Virus record (IMG/VR): IMGVR_UViG_3300033121_001921
Location: 16,537 to 80,536 of that record
Origin: a virus
Lineage: Duplodnaviria; Caudoviricetes
DNA: 64,000 bases
Direction: 5' to 3' (one strand)
The translations under genes and the position numbers were made by a program. The notes below the pieces were generated by a model. That model made no database searches. It was not told the DNA's origin and worked only from the letters and a program-made list of their open reading frames with translations. How positions within the stretch are numbered: position 1 is the stretch's first letter; each line of letters opens with the position of its first letter. This document shows, one piece after another, positions 1 to 9,825 of the stretch.

Positions 1-1
1 T

Positions 2-415
2 GATCCAAATAATCCTACAAATCCTACAAATCCTACAGGTAATTTGACATTCGTTCCTTTTGCAACCGGAACGGAAGCTGGCATTTTGCGTGAAGCCAAA
101 TATGCTGTTGACGGTAACCAATCAACATTTTGGATATCAGGAAAAAGCATGTCTAATGGACAATCAGTGGAGGTTTCATTCACTTCCCAATCAGTTACTG
201 GTGTTGCATTCTCAAGTGGATCATATACAAACAGCTATCCACGCACATACACAGTGGATTACTGGACAGGTAGTGCATGGGTCAAGCTAGGGAATTATAC
301 TGGCGCAGTTAATAGTTCCGCAACATGGGCAGCAAAAACAACCACGAAATTGCGTATTACTTGTAATACTGTAAACGGAAACTGGTGGGCAATATCTGAA
401 TTAACATTGAAATAA
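2..415 (+). CDS. 3' end of a protein with an NPT linker and a C-terminal discoidin/F5-8 type C (CBM32-like) domain; runs off the left edge
   Basis: Frame open from base 2 (DPNNPTNPTNPTG); AVDGNQSTFW and WWAISEL are discoidin-like motifs. Confidence 0.65.
   Translation, partial: DPNNPTNPTNPTGNLTFVPFATGTEAGILREAKYAVDGNQSTFWISGKSMSNGQSVEVSFTSQSVTGVAFSSGSYTNSYPRTYTVDYWTGSAWVKLGNYTGAVNSSATWAAKTTTKLRITCNTVNGNWWAISELTLK
11..37 (+). repeat. (AATCCTACA)x3 coding tandem repeat (NPT linker)
   Basis: Three exact 9-bp copies. Confidence 0.9.
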
Positions 416-417
416 TA

Positions 418-2598
418 TTAATTTTCGATTTTAACGATTTTTATATCTCTGAGAATGTCCTTTGGTAGAGAAAGATCTCTATTCAATTTGTAGTATGGAA
501 ATCCACTCGAAATATTTATAGCCACATCATAAATTCCATCTCTTCCTACGATAAAGTCTCCGATATCTATATTAGATATTAGATTTCCATCGTCTGATAT
601 ACCAGCTATTCCTATTTCTCCAATGAATCCGGGAATAACGATGCCAGAAATTAGATCCGATTCACACCATTCATTAAATGTATCTTCTGGATCATTTTTA
701 GATAGATCTAGAAATTTCTGATATTGATCAATTGTCATAACCGATCCAAACCCCATGGAATTTACATTTTCTTTATCCTTACCATCAACATATAAACAGA
801 ATCGACATTCATCGTCATATATCATAAACTCAGCAACCGTATTAACTGGTTGTTCCATATCTTTTCCAAATCCCAAAAGAACAATATCTGTTGGATTGTC
901 GAATGTGGCAAGTGTTTTGAACCCATCAGAAAGGGAATTTTCATCCTTTTTTGAATCAGCATTGTCTGTGTTATCTGTGACACTTTCTTGTCTCTCAATT
1001 GGCTTTTCAGGCTTGCTCACGGTGTAAGAATTAGATCCACACATTTTCTCGAATTCAGGAGATTGTTCGAATCCCATTCTAGTCATTTTAGACACTAATT
1101 GATGCCAATTTAGATCTCCTCGATACTCGTATTCATTTTCCGAAATCATATTGATGCTTGATTTTGCGGATGATCCTAGGCTAAAGACCTTTTTTAGGAT
1201 ATCCGCGGGTAGTTTAAAATCTTTCTTTTCTAGGTCATCTTTCATACCAACTTGTATATTGAATATTCCTTGTGTCAGGAATAAAAGGACTTTAGACCCA
1301 TCAAGTTTTAGGAGTGGGGCTATTTTATCAACAACTTCTTTTGTTTTTTCATCAGGAACAATGTCAGACTTTTTTTCTTCTGAGACAAAGAATACCCATC
1401 CATTTGGATCGTCTCCAGGTGTCATAGTCTCCAGTCGTGTATTCAGAACTCCAAGATTTTCTTGGAATGTCTTCAATTTATTTTCTGCGGTCTTTAGTTC
1501 AAATTGAGTCTTATGAATTTCCTTCTCAGCCTTCTCAATTCTGTCCTTAAGCTCGATGATTTTTTCCTCATTCATTTTCCTAAAAGATTCTGCGAGATAG
1601 TTTTCTGCAACATTGGTAATTGTTTCTGTTACTTCTTCTGAAACATTCTCACTTCGAGGTGATTCAATATTTGAAACTTCATTATCAGAATCACCAAACA
1701 AGGAATCTAAAATGGAAAGAGCCTTATTTGATAATTTTGTATCAGATGGTTGGGATTTTTCTTCCTCTGAATCACCATTAATCATAGAAAAAAGTTTATC
1801 AATTGGCTTTTCGTGATCTACTTCAAGATAGCAAGTGGTATTATCTGCAATCTTGATTGTCTTCTTATCGGGATCTTGGTTTTTAACAACTTTAAAGCTA
1901 AGACCATGAACAATGAATTTTCCAGTATATCCTGTAACATCACGCTCACAAATATCATCAATTAGTCTTTGTACCATTTCAGTGGTTGTAAAATTGGTTC
2001 CAATTTCTATAAGATCGATTGTTCCATCGGGAAATAGTGTCATTTCAAATTTGACATTATCAAGCATTCCAGATAGCTGCTTTCCATCAATGGTTGCCTT
2101 ATCTGATAAGAGTCGAACTCCACCTTTGAGTGCAGTAACAAATCCTAAAAATCTCTTATTGGGCCTAAAATCACCAGTTGTTTTTAGAATTGTTTCAATT
2201 TTATCTGATCTCTTGAATTCAGTGCCATCAAACACAGAATCAATGAGAGAGTCGTGAACACATCCTGAAAGGCAAATTTCCTCCAATAATTTTTCATTAC
2301 TCATGGCATTATATTCCTTGATTCTTTCATCTTTATCTTCTTCATGCAAAGAAGATAACCACTCAATGGCATAGTCTCTAGAAAGGACAATCATAATTGG
2401 ATCGACTTCTTTCCATCCATTCTTCCAATCATAGTAGTCCTTGTAATCAGACACGGATCCATCTACCCACTCAAGAGTTAGAATATCATAGTCTTTTGGT
2501 GATTCATCGATGGCCTTCACCAATCCAATGGTATTATACTTTGGATCATCCTTATCCATAATTTTGGCATACATGCCGGTCCTGAATTCTCCCTTCAT
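418..2598 (-). CDS. hypothetical protein (726 aa) with central coiled coil
   Basis: Long ORF; heptad-like IKELKDRIEKAEKEIHKTQFELKTAENKL; ends LRDIKIVKIEN. Confidence 0.75.
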   Translation of the reverse strand: MKGEFRTGMYAKIMDKDDPKYNTIGLVKAIDESPKDYDILTLEWVDGSVSDYKDYYDWKNGWKEVDPIMIVLSRDYAIEWLSSLHEEDKDERIKEYNAMSNEKLLEEICLSGCVHDSLIDSVFDGTEFKRSDKIETILKTTGDFRPNKRFLGFVTALKGGVRLLSDKATIDGKQLSGMLDNVKFEMTLFPDGTIDLIEIGTNFTTTEMVQRLIDDICERDVTGYTGKFIVHGLSFKVVKNQDPDKKTIKIADNTTCYLEVDHEKPIDKLFSMINGDSEEEKSQPSDTKLSNKALSILDSLFGDSDNEVSNIESPRSENVSEEVTETITNVAENYLAESFRKMNEEKIIELKDRIEKAEKEIHKTQFELKTAENKLKTFQENLGVLNTRLETMTPGDDPNGWVFFVSEEKKSDIVPDEKTKEVVDKIAPLLKLDGSKVLLFLTQGIFNIQVGMKDDLEKKDFKLPADILKKVFSLGSSAKSSINMISENEYEYRGDLNWHQLVSKMTRMGFEQSPEFEKMCGSNSYTVSKPEKPIERQESVTDNTDNADSKKDENSLSDGFKTLATFDNPTDIVLLGFGKDMEQPVNTVAEFMIYDDECRFCLYVDGKDKENVNSMGFGSVMTIDQYQKFLDLSKNDPEDTFNEWCESDLISGIVIPGFIGEIGIAGISDDGNLISNIDIGDFIVGRDGIYDVAINISSGFPYYKLNRDLSLPKDILRDIKIVKIEN

Positions 2599-2834
2599 TA
2601 TTTAGTTTTATTTTGATAAAAGTAAAAGTCTTTAACACACCAGCTGGATTTATTAGCTTTCTTTGATCCCAAACTGCAAAGTATTGTAAATTTCTTTGTT
2701 ATGAGGCTCTCACAAACATACATATATTTTGTGAATCGATGATCATTAGATACCACTCGATAAAGTTTAAACAGTCCGGGCCTTTTCCTATTCTTAAATA
2801 GGCCAGCCACTCTTTTAAGTTTTTTTGTTCCCAT
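2598..2834 (-). CDS. hypothetical basic protein
   Basis: ORF abutting its neighbours in a minus-strand operon. Confidence 0.55.
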   Translation of the reverse strand: MGTKKLKRVAGLFKNRKRPGLFKLYRVVSNDHRFTKYMYVCESLITKKFTILCSLGSKKANKSSWCVKDFYFYQNKTK

Positions 2835-2835
2835 G

Positions 2836-3120
2836 TTAGAATCCTAGTTGTTCAAGTTGATATGCTCTGAATTCCTGTTTTCCGACAGCACCAATCTCAA
2901 ATCCCCTGCGGAAAAAGATATCAAATAGATGCTCATGTCCCATTTCTTTTGCGGCCATGGCTCGATTTATACATTTATGCTCGTCTGTAATTCTATCAGC
3001 CTGGATTTGAGCAAGCTTCATTTGGCGATCCTTGTCACCATTAGACTTAGTAATTATGTCCTCAATGCGAGTGTAGTTTTTAGAAAACTCTCTTTTGGAT
3101 TGTCCTTTATATTTTGGCAT
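2836..3120 (-). CDS. hypothetical protein
   Basis: ORF preceded by a TATATTTG box (3132-3139, minus). Confidence 0.7.
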   Translation of the reverse strand: MPKYKGQSKREFSKNYTRIEDIITKSNGDKDRQMKLAQIQADRITDEHKCINRAMAAKEMGHEHLFDIFFRRGFEIGAVGKQEFRAYQLEQLGF

Positions 3121-3131
3121 TTTGTGAAATA

Positions 3132-3139
3132 CAAATATA
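3132..3139 (-). promoter_or_regulatory. TAnnTTTG Bacteroidota-type -7 promoter box (also at 16712, 24619, 34995, 45745, 54699 on minus; 60490, 62298 on plus)
   Basis: TATATTTG/TAAATTTG/TATCTTTG usually 3-40 nt upstream of starts (the 62298 copy lies further upstream); matches the known Bacteroidota primary-sigma -7 consensus. Confidence 0.6.
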
Positions 3140-3151
3140 GTTGAAAAAATA

Positions 3152-3733
3152 TTATATCCTAATAATTTCTTCCTCTCTTACAGTTCCTATAATTCCTCTT
3201 GATAGATGGTAAATATATCTAAATCCTTGAATATCAATGATATGTATACTATTATAATCAACCCAATAATGTTTATTCTCTTTATTCTCTTTCTTCATTC
3301 GTGATATAATTAAGGATTGAATCTTTTGATTCATAAGGTTATATACCTCCCATTTAAGTCTACTTTCCTTTATGGACATAAGCCTTTTCATTTCATTTCC
3401 AAAAGGAAGAATATCTTCTAAGATCATTGATATTTTACTATCTCGATCCATATCAAAATCTCGAAATGTATATCCGTTGTCTTTTATAATAAATGCTCTA
3501 ATAAACGACTTCTTAGAATCAGTTGAGTTAAAATATACAACATATTCTCCATTTCCTTCACGAGGAATGATTGTTTTCAAATATGTAACATAATCCCAGA
3601 AGTTCTTATTACTCTTTTCAAATCTAAGATTCAGTCTTAGATACAAATCATGTAGATTATTGATATTCCACTTCTTTGGATATCTATTGAATTTTTTATA
3701 GAATTCAGAGTTATTAGAATTTAGCCTAATCAT
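3152..3733 (-). CDS. hypothetical protein
   Basis: 193 aa ORF, ATGA overlap with upstream gene. Confidence 0.7.
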   Translation of the reverse strand: MIRLNSNNSEFYKKFNRYPKKWNINNLHDLYLRLNLRFEKSNKNFWDYVTYLKTIIPREGNGEYVVYFNSTDSKKSFIRAFIIKDNGYTFRDFDMDRDSKISMILEDILPFGNEMKRLMSIKESRLKWEVYNLMNQKIQSLIISRMKKENKENKHYWVDYNSIHIIDIQGFRYIYHLSRGIIGTVREEEIIRI

Positions 3734-4224
3734 GACTTCAAAATATTATCAATTTTTATATCTCTTAATTCAGAATATCTATACTTTCTACTCGGATTAA
3801 ATCCATTTGGATTAAATCCATTTATTCTATTTTTTAGAATGCTTATTTGGTCTTTCTGGAAGAAGATCATGACATCTGCCCTATAAAGAATTTCTGATTC
3901 AACTCTAGAAACGGCTCCATCGATGGTAGCATATGACATTTTTGTTATGATCAAATTTCTATCTCTGGGGAAGCTTTTAATAAAATTTATAAAATCAGTT
4001 TTGAACTCAAATATATTTGATCTTGGTCGAATATTTATTGTGGATACGTCCATAATGACCTTTTTGAAATCACCAATATTTAATTTAGAAATGTCGTCTA
4101 CAAATTCAATTCTGTGGTAATCAGAAAATATTGGAAGAAAGGATTCTAAATGGCGCTCTGAGGCGGCTTGATATCCAATAATTGTTATTGGACTTGATAA
4201 TATGTCCTTTATTAATTCTTGCAA
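3730..4224 (-). CDS. hypothetical protein, possibly a degenerate RecA/DnaB-like fold
   Basis: ADVMIFF...ILKNR resembles the DnaB-family C-terminal motif; no Walker A. Confidence 0.5.
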   Translation of the reverse strand: MQELIKDILSSPITIIGYQAASERHLESFLPIFSDYHRIEFVDDISKLNIGDFKKVIMDVSTINIRPRSNIFEFKTDFINFIKSFPRDRNLIITKMSYATIDGAVSRVESEILYRADVMIFFQKDQISILKNRINGFNPNGFNPSRKYRYSELRDIKIDNILKS

Positions 4225-4526
4225 GATAGTCTCTCTTTTAAGAGTAGTAGCTTGAATTTGCGTTGGGGCGGAAGTTCGAAATCGAATTTCCTTTCAACAT
4301 GATACAGATCAATTATTCTCTTCCTAGCATATATAACATACTCACTAATCTTTCTTTCACGAGCACCATTAATTTCCTTAATGTGGCTCTCGGGGAAATC
4401 GATAGTGAAGTCAACCATTGAAGAAAATTTATTGCACTCTTCTAGAAGAAATTGACGAGCATTATCAAATCCATCCTCAAGATTCTCTACAATCTTTTTG
4501 TCAATATGATGTTTAACCATGCTCAT
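4212..4526 (-). CDS. hypothetical protein
   Basis: ORF overlapping both neighbours. Confidence 0.65.
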   Translation of the reverse strand: MSMVKHHIDKKIVENLEDGFDNARQFLLEECNKFSSMVDFTIDFPESHIKEINGARERKISEYVIYARKRIIDLYHVERKFDFELPPQRKFKLLLLKERLSCKN

Positions 4527-5113
4527 TTTATGATTCGTTTTTTAATACCTAATCCTATCAATAATCCCATCAATGCCCCGCCAACATGTGCAAAATGTGC
4601 AGTGCTACTTTGATAAACTCCAATATGTGAGAGAAGGCCAGATATAGATTCGTATACTAAAAGACCAGCAGCAACGTGTTTAGCCTTAACATTGAAAATA
4701 AAAAATAGAGATAGCTCAGAATTTGGATTTAATATACAAAATAAAAATAATATACCAAAAACTGCCCCTGATGCCCCAATCATTGGTGTGTCAGAATACC
4801 AATTTGTACTCATTGCGAGAATTGCTGCAAAAAGACCAGAACAGAAATAGAATATGCAAAATTTAGTGCTTCCAAGAAGTCTTTCACAAATAGGACCAAA
4901 CATGATAAACGCTAACATATTAAATATTATATGTGCAGGGTAGCCATGCAAAAACATATGTGTTATTAATTGATGAATTTGAAAATGTGGAGACGTGATG
5001 GAAAATAATCCGAAGTTCATAATAGATGTTTCCATTCCTACCCATATCATTAGGAAGAAAGCAGCAACATTTGTTAGCAAAATCCACCTAACTGATTTAG
5101 TTATTTGATCCAT
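4523..5113 (-). CDS. rhomboid-family intramembrane serine protease
   Basis: HIIFNM, catalytic GASG and AHVGG motifs, hydrophobic helices; start set at MDQITK. Confidence 0.92.
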   Translation of the reverse strand: MDQITKSVRWILLTNVAAFFLMIWVGMETSIMNFGLFSITSPHFQIHQLITHMFLHGYPAHIIFNMLAFIMFGPICERLLGSTKFCIFYFCSGLFAAILAMSTNWYSDTPMIGASGAVFGILFLFCILNPNSELSLFFIFNVKAKHVAAGLLVYESISGLLSHIGVYQSSTAHFAHVGGALMGLLIGLGIKKRIIK

Positions 5114-5513
5114 TTTTAGATTTTTTAATACATTCAGGACCGAATCCACTTTCAATCGATTCGGGAGTTGTCAACCTTCGTCCACACCTAGCACAACATC
5201 CTTCGTGCCAAACTTCAATAAACTTAGGAAGGGAAGACATATCCATCTTGCTGATAAACCACTTAAAAACATTTAAGCTGGGAGATCCCTCCTTAATCAG
5301 AGATCTGTTTGATCCTCTAAAGATATTTTGTGGAAAAATGGTACCAAGGAACTCATAGTGATCTGGAGAAGTAAGAACTGATACAAAAAACAGATCGTTG
5401 GATTTCGACTTACCAATTTTAAAGGTAAATCTATTGCCCGTTTTTGGATTTTTTATAGTAAAGATAGATTTTCCCGCAAAGATAAAATCCTTGATTCTAT
5501 CATGAGGAATCAT
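5097..5513 (-). CDS. DUF6011-like zinc-ribbon protein
   Basis: C-terminal CARCGRRLTTPESIESGFGPEC; start set at MIPHDR. Confidence 0.75.
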   Translation of the reverse strand: MIPHDRIKDFIFAGKSIFTIKNPKTGNRFTFKIGKSKSNDLFFVSVLTSPDHYEFLGTIFPQNIFRGSNRSLIKEGSPSLNVFKWFISKMDMSSLPKFIEVWHEGCCARCGRRLTTPESIESGFGPECIKKSKNGSNN

Positions 5514-5562
5514 TTTTACACTCATCCAACAAATATAAGAAATTTTTTCTTCCAATCAAATT

Positions 5563-5570
5563 AATATATA
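5563..5570 (+). promoter_or_regulatory. (A/T)ATATATA putative phage late promoter (also 16714, 18585, 24660, 25622, 28421, 33531, 35029, 37653, 39064, 41387, 50178, 51039, 53844, 54722, 57750)
   Basis: Recurs 3-20 nt upstream of start codons; analogous to the T4 late TATAAATA. Confidence 0.65.
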
Positions 5571-5575
5571 AATCA

Positions 5576-6433
5576 ATGATAAATGAGGCCGTATTCAGAA
5601 GTCCAAAGTGGCTAAGAGATTTTGTAGATTTCGAAGTCAATACAGGTGAAGATATAAAGGGCGAGCCTTCCAAGTCAGAATTGGAGAGGAGACGGAATAA
5701 AGAATGGAAGACAAAATGGGATAGAATCAAGAGGGATGATAAGATTTCCTTTATTGAAGACTACTTGAATTATGATCTTAGAAGGCATAATTCATCAATA
5801 ATAAATGATTTCCTTTCACGAATTGAGAATGATTTTATGGGCGATCAATCATTTATGGATGAATATGATAAGTGGCTGTCTAAGAAAATAGAAGAGAATC
5901 AAAGGCAGAAAAAAATAATTGATACACTAAACCAATTGCATGATAGCATTTGGTCTGATTATATAAAAAATCCCCATGGTGATAAATTCAAAACTCCAAA
6001 TGATAGGCATGGGAATAGATATTGGGAATATAGATTTGAGAATGGAAAAATTTGCCATCTTTCACCATCGACTAATAAATTGGAATTCGATGGTATTACC
6101 TATACACTTAATATTGAATTCAAAAATAAATTCATAGAGCTAGCAAATAGAATTGGTGAGACAAAACAAAGACCAAGAAATGCTAACAATAGGAATAATT
6201 CTTCTAATACAAAGACTAATCAAACAAAGGCAGACCCAAACAGAGAAAGGTATGAAAAGTTGAAGGGAATAGTTAAGATAAGAGAAGAACAATTATACAA
6301 AATGTCCTCTAGAGATCCCAACAGACCTTCACTTCAAAATGAATTAGATGCTTATAAGCAAAAGCTTAGATCTATGAAATCAGAATATAAATTTGAGTCA
6401 CTTATGTCCTTCAGCAACTTTTCAAAATTCTGA
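5576..6433 (+). CDS. hypothetical protein
   Basis: 285 aa ORF behind AATATATA. Confidence 0.75.
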   Translation: MINEAVFRSPKWLRDFVDFEVNTGEDIKGEPSKSELERRRNKEWKTKWDRIKRDDKISFIEDYLNYDLRRHNSSIINDFLSRIENDFMGDQSFMDEYDKWLSKKIEENQRQKKIIDTLNQLHDSIWSDYIKNPHGDKFKTPNDRHGNRYWEYRFENGKICHLSPSTNKLEFDGITYTLNIEFKNKFIELANRIGETKQRPRNANNRNNSSNTKTNQTKADPNRERYEKLKGIVKIREEQLYKMSSRDPNRPSLQNELDAYKQKLRSMKSEYKFESLMSFSNFSKF

Positions 6434-6804
6434 AACATCCAAATAGTGAATAGGAACTTCATCCACAATCTCATGCTTCTCATACAAAAGAATATTCTTT
6501 CCACCAAATTCCCAAGACTGATGTGAAGTGGATTCTAGATCAGACTGTCCGGATTCCTTTCTTCGAATTGAATTGGGATTTGTATAGAATCTTGATATGA
6601 TGCCTACAAGCATGTCCAAATTAGATTGACACTCAGCTGAATTTTCAAAAAATTTTGATATAGATAAATAGTCATCGTTTCCTTGAATATTCCACCCCCA
6701 CTTCATTGAATCTGGAATAGATTTTATTATCTCGGAAAGATTAGTCTGAGACATGGATGATATAGATGTTACCACACCTATCAACAAGGATATTTTAATT
6801 TCAT
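6422..6804 (-). CDS. hypothetical secreted/membrane protein with an apparent 1-nt deletion near the start
   Basis: ATG at 6804 overlaps the topoisomerase stop (ATGA); adding one A to the A-run gives MKLKISLLIGVVTSISS, a signal-peptide-like start. Confidence 0.5.
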
Positions 6805-8120
6805 TTGAATTTCTTTTTAAGTTCTGTTAAATCTTCTAAATACATATTCTTTGGAAGGAGAGATTTAGTCTTCTCAAGTTCGGATTTTCTTTCAAGAAAA
6901 TCTTCTTTTATTTTCTCAAACGTTTCCTTAGTCAATGAATTAATTGGCATTCTCAATAAATAGTCATAGTCTCCTTCTATCTTTTCTATATTTAGAGACT
7001 GAATTTGATCTACAATCTCTGATTTTGGTTTATTGTTTATTAAAATTTTCCCATCCAAGATAAATTTGATAAACTTACCTCTGTTACCTAGTAACTTCAA
7101 ATCATGGGCAATTCTCTCAATTAGATAATCCTTCCTCTTCTGATAGTAGGTTAATCTAAACTCTACAAAATACGAAACGATTTCCTCTACTGATTCAAAT
7201 ATTTTCAGCTTTCCGTTTTCATCAAGAGTTGTATATATCTCTGTTGAATATTCAATCAATTTGAACATCTTACATATTTCATGTTCGGACAGTATCTTCC
7301 CCCTATTCAACTTAACAACATAGTCTATATTGGATTTGCTATTATTCTTGAATGAGATTATGTATTTATCATCAACTAAATTATCCAAAATACTCTCATA
7401 CATTTCATATGTAAATGATGGAGGTATTTCTAAAATTCGTAATGTATTTCCAGATAATTCATATCTTCCCTTTATTATCCATCTCTTGGAATTTTCTTCA
7501 TCTTTGGTGAAGCTACCACTGAAATCATAAATTTCAGGAACCATTTCTTTTATTTTTTCTCCATTTACCGCTCTAATGCAATTATCTATTATAGATACAG
7601 GATTTCTATTCAGAATATTCATTGAAAATCCAACAGCAATTCCAGATCCACCATTTATTAAGATCATTGGTATTATTGGTAGATAAAATTTTGGTTCACA
7701 TTTAACCCCATCAATAGTCACATATTCTAATATTTCATTATCTTTGAATATGTAATCAAATGATTCAGAAATTCGAGTAGATATGTACCTAGAACTAGAG
7801 GCATGTGGATTTCTTAACGATCCATATATACCAATTTCTTCCAACATGGGAATATTGTTCTTAAATTTTTGAGCCATGTTAACCACAGCATCTTCAACAG
7901 AAACATTACCATGATGGTACTGAGTTTTGAAAATAACTTTCCCACCTAGAACATTAACTTTTATTTTCTCCCTTTTTTCTGAACTTAAAGAAAATAAAAT
8001 CTTCCTCTGAACAGGCTTCAGTCCATCACAAAAGCTTGGAATTGATCTGTTTTCTATAACATAGAAAGCAAATTTTTTGTAATCATTATCTAGAAAATTC
8101 GAAATACTAACGTTGTTCAT
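6801..8120 (-). CDS. DNA topoisomerase II, GyrA/ParC-like subunit (T4 gp52-like)
   Basis: DGLKPVQRKI, YHHGNVS, SSRY active-site Tyr, GIAVGF. Confidence 0.95.
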   Translation of the reverse strand: MNNVSISNFLDNDYKKFAFYVIENRSIPSFCDGLKPVQRKILFSLSSEKREKIKVNVLGGKVIFKTQYHHGNVSVEDAVVNMAQKFKNNIPMLEEIGIYGSLRNPHASSSRYISTRISESFDYIFKDNEILEYVTIDGVKCEPKFYLPIIPMILINGGSGIAVGFSMNILNRNPVSIIDNCIRAVNGEKIKEMVPEIYDFSGSFTKDEENSKRWIIKGRYELSGNTLRILEIPPSFTYEMYESILDNLVDDKYIISFKNNSKSNIDYVVKLNRGKILSEHEICKMFKLIEYSTEIYTTLDENGKLKIFESVEEIVSYFVEFRLTYYQKRKDYLIERIAHDLKLLGNRGKFIKFILDGKILINNKPKSEIVDQIQSLNIEKIEGDYDYLLRMPINSLTKETFEKIKEDFLERKSELEKTKSLLPKNMYLEDLTELKKKFK

Positions 8121-9825
8121 TTTTGTATATCCATTTTTTATTACCCGCCCCCCATATTAAATTGTATTTGCGGCTTTTCATTATTTCATATTCTGTTAAA
8201 TTTTTGTTATATCCATCTTTTATTAATTTTTTCTTATTAAAATTAAATCTGTGGTACTTTTTTTGGCCTATTGACCAGTAATAATTAATTGATTCTCCAT
8301 CGAATTCAAATCCCATTTTTCTGTACATGTCACCAGAATAATATGAATTATCAGAATAGGACACAACTATATCTGGTTTATAGAATTTCAAAAAGTACTT
8401 AAATAATCTAGAATATCCTCCAACAACACTTGTATTTATTTTATTGCAAAATCTCACAAGTTCTAAATTTTTTTTACCGTTGATGTATCTAGTATTAAAA
8501 CACATAACAGATACAATCTCATCTGATAATTTCAAACAAATATTGTATTTGCATTTTATTCCACCCTGAATATGATTATTTTCTAAAAATTCAAATGATT
8601 CATTATTACCAATCTCAAATACATTGCATTTTCTGGCAAATATTTTAGACGATTTACCTACCCTGTTCAAAATTATTGACTTAACAATGTTCTTTTTAAG
8701 AATCCAATCATCTTCCCATATTTGTATCAAATCTATTCCGATATCTGAGCAGAATCTCTTCTTTTCTAGGTGATATCTTTTAGATTTATAATCATCACAA
8801 TGCCAATATAAACCATTATATTCTATTCCGATATTAAGATCAGGCAACACAATATCTATCTCTATCCCATTTAAAAATTCTCTATCATTGAACAAAACAT
8901 TATCAATTTGAATATCTCTCTTTATCCAATCAAAAATTTCGGATTGACCTCCAGAAAAAGATCTTAATTTATTACATTCTAAACAGATAACTTTTCCATT
9001 TCGCAGTCTTTCATTCATTAGAGCACAATCTATATCAAATTCTTTTTCACACACTAAATGGTTTAGTCTGACTGATATCGGACAATTGACCCATTCTATG
9101 AATGAATAATCATTTCCAATCCTATTAGATATAGATATTTTATATTTTTCAGCGGAAATTTTCTTACAAATATCCGAAGATTGGTAATTATCGGCACCAT
9201 ATTTTTCCCTATTTGTTTCTAGTGTTTTTTTTATTGCCTCTGGAGATCTCAGTGTAGATCTAACACCATATTTATCAAATATTCTTTTAAAAAAATCTGT
9301 TTTGATCAGATCATTTTTCATCGGATTGGTATCTCCATATCTTTCTATATTGGTCTGTTTGATCTTATTTTTTACCTCCTCAGATTGAGAAGCATATTCA
9401 AATCCATATTTTTCAATATTTGTCTTCTTGGCCTTTTCTATGGACTTTTCAGATAATAGAGGCGACTTGAATCCATATTTATCAATAAATGTTTTCTCTA
9501 TCTTTTCTATTATTTCTGGTGATTTGGACGCATTATCATATCCAAATTTTTCCATACATGTTTTCTCATATTTAAAAATTGAGCATTTATGGGAGCAAGC
9601 AAATAAATTATGACTCTTGATATTACCCAAATAGGTTTGGTATTTCAATTCTTTTTCTTTATAGCAAAAATCACAAATGGCTGTTACCAGAACAGTACTG
9701 CAATCAGATAGATACTTTACATCTATATTCATTATCTCAGATAAGGTAGATTCGATTCCATCATTAATCAGCAGATCCTTGTATCTCTTATTTATTTTAA
9801 CTCTTATCGTTTTTGTCTTCAACAT
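8107..9825 (-). CDS. free-standing putative homing endonuclease (Zn ribbon, KYG repeats, Vsr/PD-(D/E)XK-like domain)
   Basis: CDFC...CSHKC, repeated KTNIEKYG units, EIDIVLPDLNIGIEYNGLYWH; lies between the two topo II genes. Confidence 0.75.
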   Translation of the reverse strand: MLKTKTIRVKINKRYKDLLINDGIESTLSEIMNIDVKYLSDCSTVLVTAICDFCYKEKELKYQTYLGNIKSHNLFACSHKCSIFKYEKTCMEKFGYDNASKSPEIIEKIEKTFIDKYGFKSPLLSEKSIEKAKKTNIEKYGFEYASQSEEVKNKIKQTNIERYGDTNPMKNDLIKTDFFKRIFDKYGVRSTLRSPEAIKKTLETNREKYGADNYQSSDICKKISAEKYKISISNRIGNDYSFIEWVNCPISVRLNHLVCEKEFDIDCALMNERLRNGKVICLECNKLRSFSGGQSEIFDWIKRDIQIDNVLFNDREFLNGIEIDIVLPDLNIGIEYNGLYWHCDDYKSKRYHLEKKRFCSDIGIDLIQIWEDDWILKKNIVKSIILNRVGKSSKIFARKCNVFEIGNNESFEFLENNHIQGGIKCKYNICLKLSDEIVSVMCFNTRYINGKKNLELVRFCNKINTSVVGGYSRLFKYFLKFYKPDIVVSYSDNSYYSGDMYRKMGFEFDGESINYYWSIGQKKYHRFNFNKKKLIKDGYNKNLTEYEIMKSRKYNLIWGAGNKKWIYKNEQR

